Assembly (NCBI RefSeq): GCF_964355755.1
Contig: NC_092674.1
Coordinates: 5,580,001-5,644,000, forward strand
DNA: 64,000 nucleotides
Direction of reading: 5' to 3'
Origin: Antedon mediterranea
Lineage: Eukaryota > Animalia > Echinodermata
Part shown: positions 23,607 to 37,622 of the stretch, piece after piece
Layout of the letters: each line of letters begins with the position of its first letter
Position numbering within the stretch: the first letter of the stretch is position 1
The notes under the pieces: generated by a model
Told to the model about the DNA's origin: nothing
Seen by the model: only the letters and a program-made list of their open reading frames with translations
Databases searched by the model: none
Made by a program: the position numbers and the translations under genes

Positions 23607-24912
23607 ACTATTGTTTTAAAGAGAAATCTATTGTGTTGTATACTAGTACCATGGAAGTTCCATTATAGTAACATCTTAACTTTAGCATTCTAGATAGAAA
23701 GGCTTCGCATAATGCAACTTTTGTTATTTTGTTGTATTTTCAGTATATTATATACGATACAAAGATAAATATCTGCATACACATTTAAACGTGGATCTCG
23801 AATACACCAGCAGTAAATCAACTGATACTAAGTATCCGTCAATGACAGCCATGTGTCTTCGTAAAAAGATGGCTTCCAGAACAGTAACGTAACAGTAACA
23901 CTTGCCATAGGTAAGTCCTATGTTTTTTTTACAGCTAATAACAAAAATTACGATAACCAGTAACAAAAATTGTGTTTATAAATAGTTTATTTGTAAGTAA
24001 TACAATATCTTATACATTATAGATTCGTAGTAGTGGTTTTATTAAGTTTCACCATAATGTTACAGTAACTTGTTCAGGCATTTAAATAAGCCTATAGCGC
24101 CACCAATAGTCTTCAAACTTTATAAACTTTGCTTTGATATAGTGGGTTGAATTATTATTTCCATATGTGCTGTATTCATTTCATCAAATGTCATAGTTTT
24201 TACTTCAACCTATCCAATACATACAAACATTTAATAGCAATAGACTACAAAGGTATTATTAAAAGGATTACTATTATCATAATTTACGTGTTCTGACCAT
24301 TTAGGCCTATTTATTTATTCTTTTTGACTGGATTTATTGTACTGCTTTTCAAAATCGGCCAGTTACAAGGTTTAAAAATAAAGAATAATTAAAACATATA
24401 TAACATATGTAGAAAAATAAAAGCATACTTAAATTTGAAAAATATATACAGAAAAATGAAAAACAATTTTTCTTTTGTATAAAAAATACATACATATATT
24501 CAAAGAAGATGAGATATGTCACATGTGTACAATTAAATTGTCCCTTGTAAACCTGTTGAGATTGTCCCATTGATGGTAGAAAGCGACATTTTACAATTGG
24601 AGTATTTATGAATGTATCAACTGTGACTCAGCCATACAGTACTGGTCAGAGGACTTTCGACATTCCCGCTCGTGTTTTTCTGCTGTTTTTTTTAGAGTGT
24701 TTGTGGAGTGTTTCTGGAGTGTTTATCGAGGGATCGAACGATCGAGTGCTGACCTCGACCAGCGAAGCATGAACGTTTTACAACAACAATAGAAATCAAT
24801 CATACGTACACAATATATGAGCCCTTTTTATCTTTAGATTTCCGACACTGCTTACCTTCTCTTACACGGCCACTCCTTGATAGTCATTCTTTAAATAAGA
24901 TATTTATTTGTA

Positions 24913-25203
24913 GAATGATGGATGAAACTAAGCCAGGACTGTTTAAAGCACGTTGATTGGTCCTAAGATTGATCATGAGCTTTTCTCGTCCAAACCAGAG
25001 GAAAGGCATGGGCCAATACGTCTGAGGCAGACACTAGATGCAGGGCCTGCCATAAGAGTCAGCAGTGCTGATTTAAAATGCCTAATTGGACCCCAGCTCC
25101 ATATACAGTACACGATATTCCCAGATGATCTCAAATCCAAGCTCTAACCAGGCCCAGCGTTACTTATTTGCTTGCTTGTTTCAACGTGGTAGAGCCGCAT
25201 AGA
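24913..25203 (-). mobile_element. 5S rRNA-derived SINE (SINE3-type), copy 1
   Basis: Minus strand begins gcggctctaccacgttgaaa (5S 5' part), then gggcctggttagagcttggatttgagatcatctgggaata (5S 3' half), then a ~190-nt body shared with 50933-51120. Confidence 0.8.
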
Positions 25204-25952
25204 AAAATAGAATGATAACGCTGAGAATACGATTCGTAAACTTTACTCTATTAACCTTAGCATTGTCATTGTCCCTAACGTCATTAAATCCAATTTTATC
25301 TCTTTAATGCTTTTATTCAATGTACGGCCCAACCTCATTATGTTGTTTTATATGCATGTCACTGCCTGTACAATGTTTAGTGAAACAACAAGTTTATAGG
25401 ATGTAATTTTTTATTTATTTGATTTTAATCTTTACTACAATGCCCTGTTCCTTTGTCCTGACGGCAATTTGCTATATTAAAGTTCTGTCAAGACAGCTGT
25501 TAATTTTCAGAGTTTCCCATAGTACCCATAAGTCCTAAGGCTATATAAGTATAGTCATGTCCATTTAGGTTAATTTTCTTGTAGACAGTCCAATTATGCT
25601 TGTAAAATTTAACAATTTATTTCGACTTGTGAGTTTTGTGCTTTGCTTCTTGAGTGTTGTGTAAAGAGACAATGTAATTAAGCATATGCTTTATGTCTGT
25701 TTTACTATAGCCAGGTGTACTTAATGCATCAGAATAGTGAGTGTTGATAAACTTTGTAAAGAAACTTTCACTGTATAGAATCAAATAAAATTGTGGTACG
25801 AACCTTTAAATGACTCATTAACATCTTATCCATGGTCATAAGAAAAATAGCATGGCAGGCCTTTGGTATTTTCGCATACAACTCAAATCTATTTCGCTGC
25901 ACCATCTCACTCTCTGAACATGCCTTACTAGCCAATCAACTAAGCTTGTAAA

Positions 25953-26078
25953 TACAATAAAACCTATGGGGACACTTTCGGGACTCTAAATTAGGGTGAT
26001 GTTCAAATTTTCCCCTCATTCATTTCATGGAAATGTGTCCCTTTAATAGGGTTGTCCCAAAGGACGGGCTCTACTGTA
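25953..26078. mobile_element. Degenerate Tc1-mariner/Tigger-like MITE
   Basis: tacaataaaacc...gggctctactgta ends with inner inverted gggacac / gtgtccc. Confidence 0.45.
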
Positions 26079-27910
26079 GGTAAACATATGATACATGCCT
26101 ATTATAGACTTGGACCAGTCAGTTTTCAATATATCCCCAAGGCTTCTGTTTTGAAATCTGTAACAAGCATTGTTTTTTTCTGTGACCCAATTATTTAAAA
26201 AAATATGTATTTAATGTTTGTGACCTAATTACACTGCTAGTTGGCCTAGTAATATTGTCTTCGTCTATCTTAAGAAACGTTCTGTAAAATACCTTTTCAC
26301 CCCAATTGTCGCCATCAATATCTACACCTATCTAAACCTTTCTTCTGTAATTAGCAATTGTCTCGAGGTCTTACCAGTGTGTAGAAGTGTGTTATATAAA
26401 TATTGCCCCAAACTATTAAGACGTTGGAGAAACATTAGGTATTATTGTATACTGATTGGAGACACTTTATCAGGAATTTGATCGTCTGTTCCCCCCAGGC
26501 TTGGCACCTTCTGGGCTTGGCGTCTTCTGGGCTTGGAATATGTGCCATTGTGATCATAGCTCCCTCTGTTAGCACAGTCAAAAGTTTAATACTGGATAAG
26601 TTATCTTACATTTAAAGTTTTAGTTTTCTTTACTCTATATTCCCGTATAATTTGATTGTTTTTATTGTTAGATATTTCAATCAATATTTTGAGAATTGGC
26701 ATACCTTTTTGTACTACCTTCACTTTAAAATTCTTCTACATACATCAACTTGCCAGGCATCATTGAGGTCTCAGACCATATTTGTTTGTACTCACTCGGT
26801 CAACAGCAAAATTGCTATTAAATAGGTCTACCCAGCAAACAAATTTCATCTACATCCACGGGACTAAAGCAATCTTTTCTTTCCCTATTGTATAGTTTCA
26901 TTTTTACACAGCTACGCGTATATCGGTTGGCGCTTAGCTGCGTGGAGCGCCGTGAAAACAAAACATTGACATTCAATTGGATTTGCTTGTGCCGTACCGG
27001 AACCGTGCCAGAACAGGTGTGAAAAACCCTTTACGTTCACATGTCCCTTTTATTGGGAAAAAGAACCCCCTGTAAATGTCTTGCTTTGCACCCCCACCCC
27101 CTCCTATCATATACCGTTTATTGTATACTTAAGGGTATATTCGTATACCGTTTTTGTATACTTAAGGGTATATAAACTTTACCTCCTGACTGAGATACTA
27201 AAAGTAAGAAAATACATGCTATCACATTTCAACCAATGATTATATCCACATCTGTGAGTAGCATATAATTTATTATGAATATTAAAAATCTGTAATTTGA
27301 TATTCATTGATATTTAGAAGCTACTTTAATGATAATAAAATTCACATGTGCGTTGTAAGTAGAGAAATTTAGCCTTAGTATAAGACCATCACCTAAACCG
27401 TTTCTATTATTTTAGTATATTATCCAGGTATGAAATAATGAAATATAGACAGAGAATCTCGTAAATCCATTGGCTCCATTTCTCATATCGATTGATTTTC
27501 TGTTTTATCCAAAACGAGAAAATTTATAGATCGTGAAATTGATCGCGAGTGATCAAACATTTACAAAAATGATGTATGAAATCTTCTTTTTGCATTATAT
27601 CACAGAAAGAAAATTGCTGAATTTATGTTCCTCATTAATCAACAAGATGACAATTGACATTTGAAAAAAAATGTATTGTGTATGAGTTGGGGGTGAGTTT
27701 ATCTTTTATGTACATGTTACAAGAGAAATTACTAACTAAACTTTAAATGAGTTTGTGAGTATTGCTACCTTGTTTATTTAAACAGTTATATTCTGAAATA
27801 CCTGATATTTTAGTGCAATTGGAGAGAGGGGTTGAATTTTGGAATTGTTTCTTGTTGGTTCTTATAGGCCTATCCTAAATTCACTACTGGTATTCGATTA
27901 ATGTAGCAGT

Positions 27911-28417
27911 GGTATGGAGATACAAGGATGAGGGTATGGAGATACAAGGATGAGTTATGGAGATACAAGGGTGTGGGTATAGAGATACAAGGGTGGGGGT
28001 ATGGAGATACAAGAGTGGGGGTATGGAGATACAAGGGTGGGGGTATGGAGATACAAGGGTGGGGGTATGGAGATACAAGGGTGGGGTATGGAGATACGAG
28101 GGTGGGGGTATGGAGATACGAGGGTGGGGGTATGGAGATACGAGGGTGGGGGTATGGAGATACGAGGGTGGGGGTATGGAGATACGAGGGTGGGGTATGG
28201 AGATACGAGGGTGGGGGTATGGAGATACGAGGGTGGGGGTATGGAGATACGAGGGTGGGGGTATGGAGATACGAGGGTGGGGGTATGGAGATACGAGGGT
28301 GGGGGTATGGAGATACGAGGGTGGGGGTATGGAGATACGAGGGTGGGGGTATGGAGATACGAGGGTGGGGGTATGGAGATACGAGGGTGGGGGTATGGAG
28401 ATACGAGGGTGGGGGTA
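27911..28417. repeat. G-rich 22-bp minisatellite (ggtatggagatac(a/g)agggtggg) x~23
   Basis: Seen directly; explains the repetitive ORFs at 27870-28499. Confidence 0.97.
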
Positions 28418-29905
28418 GGGGGTATAGAGATATGGTTTGGGTATATAGGTATGGGGATATTGAGATATTCAAGTAATAGTTAATCTGAAAGACAGACATT
28501 TAAGCAGAGGTCCAATAATGTTTAATCAAACAAATATTGTATTTCTTGTAGTTTATGATTTGAGAATGACTGCAGTAAACAACGGCACACCTGAATTATT
28601 TTTCCAAAGGAGTGTAGGCTAACAACAAAATCTTATATTGCCACTTTGTTTATTGGAATGGCTTATATAAAAAGTAATTGTATTCTATGTAACTCAACTG
28701 CAGTGATTTAAACATAGTCATTGATTCCCAAAATGATATGGTAGATTTACACAAAGATCTATTATACTAATCCTGAAGGCATTTCTGGGATAAAACATTG
28801 ATAATAAAATAATAAATGATACAAAAGATGAAATAGAAATAGGTTAAGTGCTTATTATACGTAATCATTTAAGTGGTTTTTATCATCATTTTATCAAGTA
28901 ATGTTCGGGCAAATTTTTCCTGAATATTCTTTCATTAAATTCTTCCATTATGAGTATAGATGTTTTATGGAAATGCAAATTTCTGTACGATTTCTTCCTT
29001 AATTTTAACGGCGTAATGCCCCTCTCTGTTTTTAGGTCAACAGCCGGGAATTAAAATATAATGATATTGACATTATCGTTTGACATTTAAATGGAAATAC
29101 TCATTTCTAGAAAACTTCTTCCTTTAGTTTTCAAGGATGACGGAAACTGATGTCGGTTGTAAATGATATTTATTCATTATGATCGTAAATTAGAGGAGTT
29201 TTATTTTTCTTCTAAAAAGGAAAACACTTCCTATGTATACAAGGATATAGGTATAACAGTATTGTTCTTTCCTTATCATATTCATCTTTTAGGGGACAAA
29301 AAGTTAATTAGATAAGGAAAATGTAAACTGTTCTTTTTCAATGATCTTATCTAATTTCTGGAAAATTTCTTAGTTAATTATAAAATAAGTTATATGGATG
29401 ATAAAATCTTTGGCAATGCTAGTTAGTCTAGTGTGTCTAGAATTCTCACGTCTGAGGTCGGTTTGGATGACTATCATTGTCTCATCTTCACCACATTTAA
29501 TTTTAGTTTTGCAACCCACAGCATTCTCTCAGTTACTGTACTGTACTCTTAAAATATAAGCCCACTGTTGGGTATAAGATATATGTCATGGATGACCCAA
29601 TTTCATATAAAAGTGGGTCATACCCAAATTAGTATGCAACATATATTAATTATTTTGTAGGAAAGACATGATTGAATGATGACTCTTTTGCAATTAAGCT
29701 ACCAGTATTGGTAGTAATAATTGAGAGAGCTTTCAATTTGTGACAATCAACGACCTAGGAACAAGTTATTATATATGTTAATTAATTGTGCGCATGTGGG
29801 ACATGCTTTCTCACTCTAGTGTATTCCACAATACAGTTTTATAGTTTTTAGGTCAAACAGCAACCACATTGAGTATGTCCTGAGTTGAATCGAAACTTTC
29901 TAATA

Positions 29906-31200
29906 CTAGATGGTACGCTCGCTTCGCTCGCGTACCATCTAGGTCGTGCCCACAGATGGTTCTCGAATACACAGTGATTTCAGCGTAACAAAACTGGCGA
30001 TTTCAAATGTACGTACCGCAGGACTATAGGCGGGACTATAGGCCTATACATCGTCGTTTACAGAAACGAATAAATAGACACGATGATTTATGTAGTCAAC
30101 TAAAATTAGCACCCTGGGAATTACTTCCGAAGGAGAAACTTATCACAAAATGAGTCCAAGTTTTTGATTTGGACTCATTTAAAGAAACCCAATTTGTGTT
30201 TTGTATAGTAACATTAGGGTTGAGGGATGGGAAAGCGGATAGGTACAAAGAGGAACAATTTTTAAATATATTCTTTATCCACTCAGTAACGAAATATTTT
30301 TTTCATGTTTTATAGGCCTATAAATAATATACCTCTAAATACAGTAAAACATTTGCGATTTAATACTTTTTTTATTTTATTTATTTATTTATTTCTTTTA
30401 AATATTCATTGTACACTAATTTTCCCCGTGTATGGCAAGAGATTCCTAATTATATTAGAGAACATTCTTTATTTAGTTTAGTTAAAACTGTCACTGTCAT
30501 AATCGATTGAAATATTAAAGTACCATGTCACGATACACCACTACGACGTTTATATTTGGTAATTATTAATTAATACAAACGTTGAGAAAGAACTGTCAGT
30601 ATAAAGTTTATTTGTATATAATAATGTGTTTATATATCTAACAGTAGAGCCTATCCACAATCTCGCAAGTTTATTCTCAAAGGGCCCATATATTTACCTA
30701 CCGTATGTGTTAAACCAAGGGCTCATAAATTTACCTACAGTACTTGTGTTAAACCAAGCTCTGGCAGACTGAGAGATTGGGATGTTCCATTCATCGCAAA
30801 TCAATAGATTTGTATAATCGTATATTAAATCTATCAAAATAGTATTTTTTAAAGAAAATCGGCCTGTCTTCAACATTATGATGGTGTACTCTAGCTGTTC
30901 AACCGGTTTTCAGCTATTAAAAACAATTATCGTAGGAGGAGATAGGAAAATGCGAAGCCTCCTCGCATTTTTGTGGCGGGTATTTTTCAAGATGGACATC
31001 CATTATACAGTGTATACCACGGTCGGAAAACACCCCTATTTGGGGCAAATCTTGGAACCTAAATTCGTTTTAACCGTCAATAACTTATTATCTAACTTAA
31101 TTTAATTAGTAAACAGGGTTACATCAGGTGGTTAAAATCAGTACCGAATGTACGAACCAACTTTATATACCATCGAGTAAAAATTATAGAAGTAAGGCGC
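29906..31200 (-). mobile_element. Non-autonomous Helitron, family B copy 2 (5' terminus missing)
   Basis: Terminal hairpin and CTAG identical to 1705-1741; long similarity to copy 1; similarity stops ~40 nt short of the TC end. Confidence 0.85.
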
Positions 31201-31804
31201 GTATATGTAATCGGTACCGTGTGTTTGTTTGTTAGCAGGATTACTCAAAAAGATCTTTACCAAAATGAATATACAGATAAATATGTGGTAAAGGAACATT
31301 CCATTAAATTTTGGGATCATTTGCGACCACGGTCTTAATTCTGAACCACCTTTTAGTATACTTTTCAGACCTGCTAGTGTTAAAAGATAGGACCAAATTT
31401 TTCAAAAGCCGTCTAGCAGTCTTAAAGTAACAAGTAAAATGAAATTGCATTTTCTCGAGAACTACTTGTCCAAAAAACTTCATTTTTGTACAAGAGGCAA
31501 GAGTTATTATTTGTGATTTGTAATTTTAAAACATAATATGATTTAATGTCCACGTTTTTTGATGCGAGTAGTTTAGAAAACCTATATCTTTTCAAATTCA
31601 CTCGTTTGATTTTCGCATTGTCAACTGAAGCTATTGTTAATTGAAAGGCTGTTACATAACCATTACATCAAACTCGCATACACATGCTTGTAGTGAAATT
31701 AGCCTAAATCAAAAACAGCATTAAGACACACACAAATATATATATATATATATATATATTTTTACCGGAGAAATCTTATGTAGGAGAATTTTACAGTAGG
31801 CGGT
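31201..31804 (+). mobile_element. Helentron-like family C copy 2 (both termini missing)
   Basis: Reverse complement of ~20720-21362 with a longer (TA)n and a shorter (TTTG)n tract. Confidence 0.85.
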
Positions 31805-32486
31805 ATTTCCTTGTCATTATTTATTCAACTGGTCTCTATTTTGAGAAAAGAGCACTTTAAAAAAAAATTCATTTTCCAATTTATAAGGCCTACAAAACGT
31901 TATTTTTCTTTGGTTTATTCTGATGAATGTGGAAAAAGGTAGGCTTAAAAATGTTCCTACACTGAACACTATTTGAAAAATATAGATTATACCATGATTT
32001 CTATGATTTATTTAAGAAATAATGTACAGTAATTTATGACTAACAACATTATCGGAAGTTGCCTGTTTTGCGTTAATATTCATATCATATTACTCATTTT
32101 TAATCAATTGTTAATTTATTTGATAAAGTTTATCTGCCAGACTTCCAAAACCATGTTTCAGTCGATATAATTACCAGTAGCACTTCCTGTTTGTCATCTT
32201 AATGATGACTTCATAATTTACTACTGTACAAAATTAGGCCAATACTTCATATTATTTAAGTACTTCGTCAGTAAAAAATCTTAACATAATTGTGAGGTAT
32301 CCTAGTTGAAAATAACACTTGGATGGATGTCATTGCAGTGGGATTTACCAATCCCGCCCTGGGAATTGATATCCAGATGTACTCCTTCTTGATTCCAGTG
32401 CATTATGCTCAGATCCTACTGGGATAGTGGTTTGGGGTTTGGGCCGTGTTCACACAGGTTACATTGAAATACATGGTATAGGGATA

Positions 32487-33088
32487 CCGTATATTTCGGT
32501 GTATAAGTCGCACTTTTGACACGCAAATTTGACCTTTAAATTAAGGGTGCGTCTTATACACCGAACATAAATGCCTCACCACACAGAGTGTACATATCAT
32601 CACCTCGTTGGCTAGGCCTGAGTAGGCTAGGCCTAGCTACAGTGTACTAACGTAACGGCAACCTGCTTCTGCCTAGTTTTCAAGGCATTTTAGCGTGATG
32701 TTATACTAAATATGATGAAAAGATTTGTTTATTATGGAGCTGTTTTAGGCGCTCCGATAAAATTTCATTTGTAAACGTTTACGATTGGAATCGGTCATGC
32801 ACTCGATGTTGCGGGTGCGAAACTCATGAATAACAAGTTAGAAACAACTTGTTGAGGCTGGGCGCGGCCGAGCCTAGGTAAGAAAAAACTTAAATAAAGG
32901 ACGCCGTTGTAGATATAACAAAATATATTATTACAATAATATTGATTACAATTTAAAAAAAACATTGTTTTGATGAAATATAAGGTGCATTTATACATCG
33001 ACGATATAAAAAATACCGATATTTTACTCTCAGTTAGGGGGTGCGTCTTACTTATACACAGGTGCGACTTATACACCGAAATATACGG
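32487..33088. mobile_element. Tc2/pogo-like MITE
   Basis: Perfect 27-bp TIR ccgtatatttcggtgtataagtcgcac; TA TSD; subterminal gtgcgtcttat repeats. Confidence 0.88.
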
Positions 33089-33172
33089 TACATTTCAATA
33101 TTAGTAAGTCTATTCAAGGAAAATATTTCACTTAAGTATAATAGTGTATTAATGATGTTAACTCATATCTTA

Positions 33173-33308
33173 AGCTCTGTCTACATTATCAAACTAGTTT
33201 GACAAAAAAGTGTGATATGCCCAAATAAAGTAGTGATATACCCAAATATGGTACCGACATGGCATCATCATATCTATATATGGGCATTTTTTTGTCACAT
33301 AAAGTTAA
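33173..33308 (+). mobile_element. MITE family A, 3'-truncated
   Basis: tta|agctctgtctaca TIR plus internal repeats. Confidence 0.8.
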
Positions 33309-36300
33309 TATTATTATTAATGTTGAAGATAACATGGAATAAGGCGACACTTGTATTAACATTATCAACAAATCTACAAATAATGATCGGATATCACGAT
33401 AAGATGAGCAATCTATATAATCATGACTAACCATAATTAAAGGATGTTATCTATGTTCTCTCGATTATTACTCATTTTCTACCAATCATATTTCAGTAAT
33501 TTTCTGATTATGATTTCACTTGCAAACTTCAGTTAAAGCATGTTTCGACAATCATTTCAATTAGCGTCCCTTTTCGGTATAAAATTGTTTAATGGTCATT
33601 AATATACTGACCAGGAAAAGCTTCTGTGTTATATTGCTTGATTTTATTAAGTCTTCCTTCGTTAATTGATTTCTTTTTTGCGTAGTTTTTAATAAGTTTA
33701 GCCAGAGTGTTATGGTCAAGGTTATTTTTCAGGCATGGTCAATATTTGTTAATAAAAGGTCGGCTTTTAATTTTGGAGTTATTTTTAATTGTTTTGTATG
33801 ATGATGTACAAAATATCTGAGACACATATTTATGCACATCATCATATAGATTTCGAAACATAGAAATGCTTGCATTTTTTTCCATAAAAAAATTGTTTTC
33901 CATCGAATACGTTATGTATCATACTTTAACACACATTTTGTTCTTTGAATAAATAATGATCATACTTAATGTTTGCGCTGCAGGCTTCCCACAATTTACC
34001 CCATAATTAGGTCTTCTGTTATTTAAAAAAAAATAAGAAACAGCCTTGCATTGCACAAAATTCTCTATAATGTTGTGCAAAAGTGCAAAAGAAACATTTA
34101 ATAGAATAATTATATAGAAAATTTAGCATGCAATAGGACTAATATTGAACACCACATGATATTAAATTAACCAATAGTAAAGATACACTCAAGTGTTATT
34201 AAACTTCAATTGAAATCTATGATAAATATAGAATTAAGATTATCGTCTTCTTTATGTTCCTCTGTCTATGAATAATAGTCTGAATGCTATTCTTTCCACC
34301 TAATTGTTTATATGATACTTAATTAATGACTTAATTTAAGATATAAAGACTAATTATTTAAATTGTAAATTTGTCATTGTCTAGTGTCTGTTCTCTAATA
34401 AACGTAATTTTTGTCGTGATAAAATCGCAATAAAACTGATAAATGGTGATGAATTAATGGACTGAGATTAGTATAAGGAGGTGATAAACTTAATTATATT
34501 TGATGCTAGTTAAAAGCTAAAAGGACAATGTACCATGCCACAGCATGTCAGTGTTCAGGGGCTTGGCATTGTTTGGTATAGGGAAAAAGGATATTCAATT
34601 ATTGGGACTAGGTAAAATTCAGCACACACCATTCAGGCATTGTTTTACACATCTGAAATTAGACTCATGCTTTTTGACCCAACTTCAAGCATCTCACGCC
34701 AACATTTTTTCACAAATCTCTTTTTTTTTCAATTTTAGACCAGAAAATGTATTTGTTATATAGATGTGAAGGATATTAAATTACAATGTGCCACAAAATA
34801 AATGTAAATTCACTATTTGTGGGGAGGGAAAATGTTGTATGTTTTCTTAATTTTATTTTTTATTTTCCTGCTGTTAAATATAATTCTACTATACTATTTT
34901 ATTTTATTTTATTTTATGTCTTTAGGCAATGTGGCCAAGGATTACCAATAGTGAATTAATCACTGTCCTATCAGATAGGTGGTAATCCCCCTGATACATG
35001 GGCTATTGTGTGAACCAGTTCACCGGGGTAACCCCCTACTCTATAACTAATCAATTTCTGAACATGCACATAAATGTGAACCGGGTCAACCAAGACTCTC
35101 CTGAGTGTGAACCAGGTAACTAGAATCACACATGCATTTAGGATTTGACTTTTCAAAAGAATCTTAATGATAAAAGAAAAACGATGTGAAACAGAAAAAT
35201 GATAACTGTATAATGTACACGTGTAAAGATTAAAATTTATTTGGTCGTTTCAAGATATATTTTACTTATTTCTTTCAAATTTTACTTATTTTATCATATT
35301 TCATTACTCGGAACATTACTTCAAAGTTGTCTTTATCATCTTTTGCTCTCGTGTTTCAAAATTAAATTTCCATTTTGACTTTGATTCTCTCCTTTCAAGA
35401 GACTACTTACAATTTATCATCATTGATTTTCACCGTCCATGTATTTATTTTTAGCATTTCTTAGCTGTTTGGCTTTCATCGTACTCATGTCCTTTTATTT
35501 CATTTCCATATCCCATCGAAAGCACACGGGTTTTAAAAACCACTTTGTGCAAAAATCTTATCCATTTGACATTCAACACAATTACATTATATACCCTTAG
35601 ATTTGTGAAACATTTTAGTATCATTACTAGACCTTATTTTGTGTAGTGTATGATGATACCATAGAAATAGTATTGTGTTCAGGAAACTGAAAATTAAATG
35701 CAAGACTGATAGAATTTAGAGTCTGAAATCCATTTTAAAATGAAATAAATTTTTTCCAATTGCATTCAATCAATTTTGTGAATCAAAGAATTTGGCACTA
35801 TTGTAATACATTTTATGTCTTAGTATTGTGATGATGCAACCAGGATTTGAACTAGAACCCTGGGCTTTGTAAGCAAGCCTGTTAATTCCAGGCTACTTTA
35901 CCATTGCATTTTTGAGAATATAGTGGACATGTCTCTTTCCTTTTTTTTCTAATAGCAATCTGTAATTTTCTGGCACCCTATCAATAATATAGCACAGAGC
36001 AAGATACATTTGTTGGGGGTGTAATGTTAATCTGAGACAGAAAATTACCCCAATTTCAACCCCTTCCCCAAATCAAGCATTCTATCAGAAACACTTAAAA
36101 TTGATGATAAGCGTATTATTTGTTTTAACACTTTTTTAAATTATGACCTAAGGCTATCAAAATCAATTAGTTGTGTTTAAGGAGCTGTCAGGGACATATC
36201 AATAAACTTCTTGTACCCCTGAACCCTGAACATACCCCTCTCTTCCCTCTTATGTTGCCAGTGTTCCCACATATCCTACTAATTCATCATCTTTCATGAT

Positions 36301-37473
36301 TTAGCTGTCTAAAAATATTTGTAATAAAACTAAAATGATAATCTTTATTTTGTAGTGGAAGTTCATTTAGAATCAATCTTTTAAACTCATTTTTTCCAAA
36401 ACAAAAGCTCGCTTTTTTAATACAATTTTATCCTTTCTATTTCTATGCTCTTTGCCTAATTGAAAGCAATTTATATATTAATAATATTCAGTATAGACTC
36501 ACCAGGAGGTTCAGAATGTATATACAGTATACTTTCAAACTCAACTTTTTCTCATTGATCGCAAATAATTTATACTTCTATATCTGTTTGTTTTACCGTT
36601 TATGGTCGATAAACTAAGCAAACGACGGTAACCAAGTCCCAATGGCATTTATGGGATATTATAAACTTTATCCAGTCTGCATGACGGCTGCTAAGATTAG
36701 CAAATACAAACCTGTGTTTCCTCAACATGTTTGTAGGAAATATAGATTTATCACTATCGTATCTATTACATTGTGTTGAACTAGATTTGAATCAACTGTA
36801 AAGCTTTTTCATTTTGGAATGTGATGCATAAAGTGTTGTGTAGTATAATTATTACCTGATCTTTCCAGTAGATTTTGTCTAATAGTAATATTATCACTCC
36901 AACATTGGATTGCTTGAATTCTTGAGCAATTAGAACAGAATTCTCACACTGTTTTGAAAACTCTTTTTGGCTGACATTCAAATTTATTTATTTTGATAGT
37001 TCAGAAATTCAACTGATTAATATTCATTTTAGTTTAGTATACTATTTCCACAATGTTTGTTATTCAGTTTATTGACTTAATATGTTCAGTCTACCCTGTG
37101 CTTATAATGAACTCATCCTGGTTTGAATAAAGATCAAAGTTTAAGAAACTTTTAGACTCTTCCATTTATTCAATTAGGGGATATTCTTTTGTTGGTCTTC
37201 TGTTCAGTCGATTTGTTGCTTTCTTTTTTCAAACATACACACATACTAATTTATTCTACTGTTTATAGATTAGTTTTTTCTACATCCTTGTAGTTTTAAT
37301 ACATTAAAAAAAGATTTTTAGATTTATTTACTAAAGCTTCAATGAAAAGCTTTATGTTATCTGTGTCGGCCAACAGTAGCATTTAATCATGTCAACCTCC
37401 AAATTACTGTAAAGATAAAGTTTTCTTTGAATGTTTATGCTACTGTGTCAAAACTATTCACCTGCAGTAACTG

Positions 37474-37622
37474 ACTATTAAAGTTTATGTGACAACAAAA
37501 TGTTATGTGCCCATATATGGACATGATGGTGTCATATCACTACCATATTTGGGCATATCACTACCATTTTTTGACACATCACACTTTTTTGTCACATAAA
37601 GTTTGATAGTGTATACAGAGCT
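37474..37622 (-). mobile_element. MITE family A
   Basis: Reverse-complement internal repeats; TIR gtgtatacagagct|taa. Confidence 0.8.

Noticed and set aside
27870-28499. Long ORFs on both strands (Pro/Tyr/His-rich and Gly/Trp-rich, up to 209 aa)
   Set aside because: They are translations of a stop-free 22-bp minisatellite, open in several frames at once, with no splice or domain support
35840-35895. tRNA gene candidates (also 291-350, 49725-49770, 62792-62850)
   Set aside because: Only degenerate A/B boxes with no acceptor stem or cloverleaf; better explained as SINE heads
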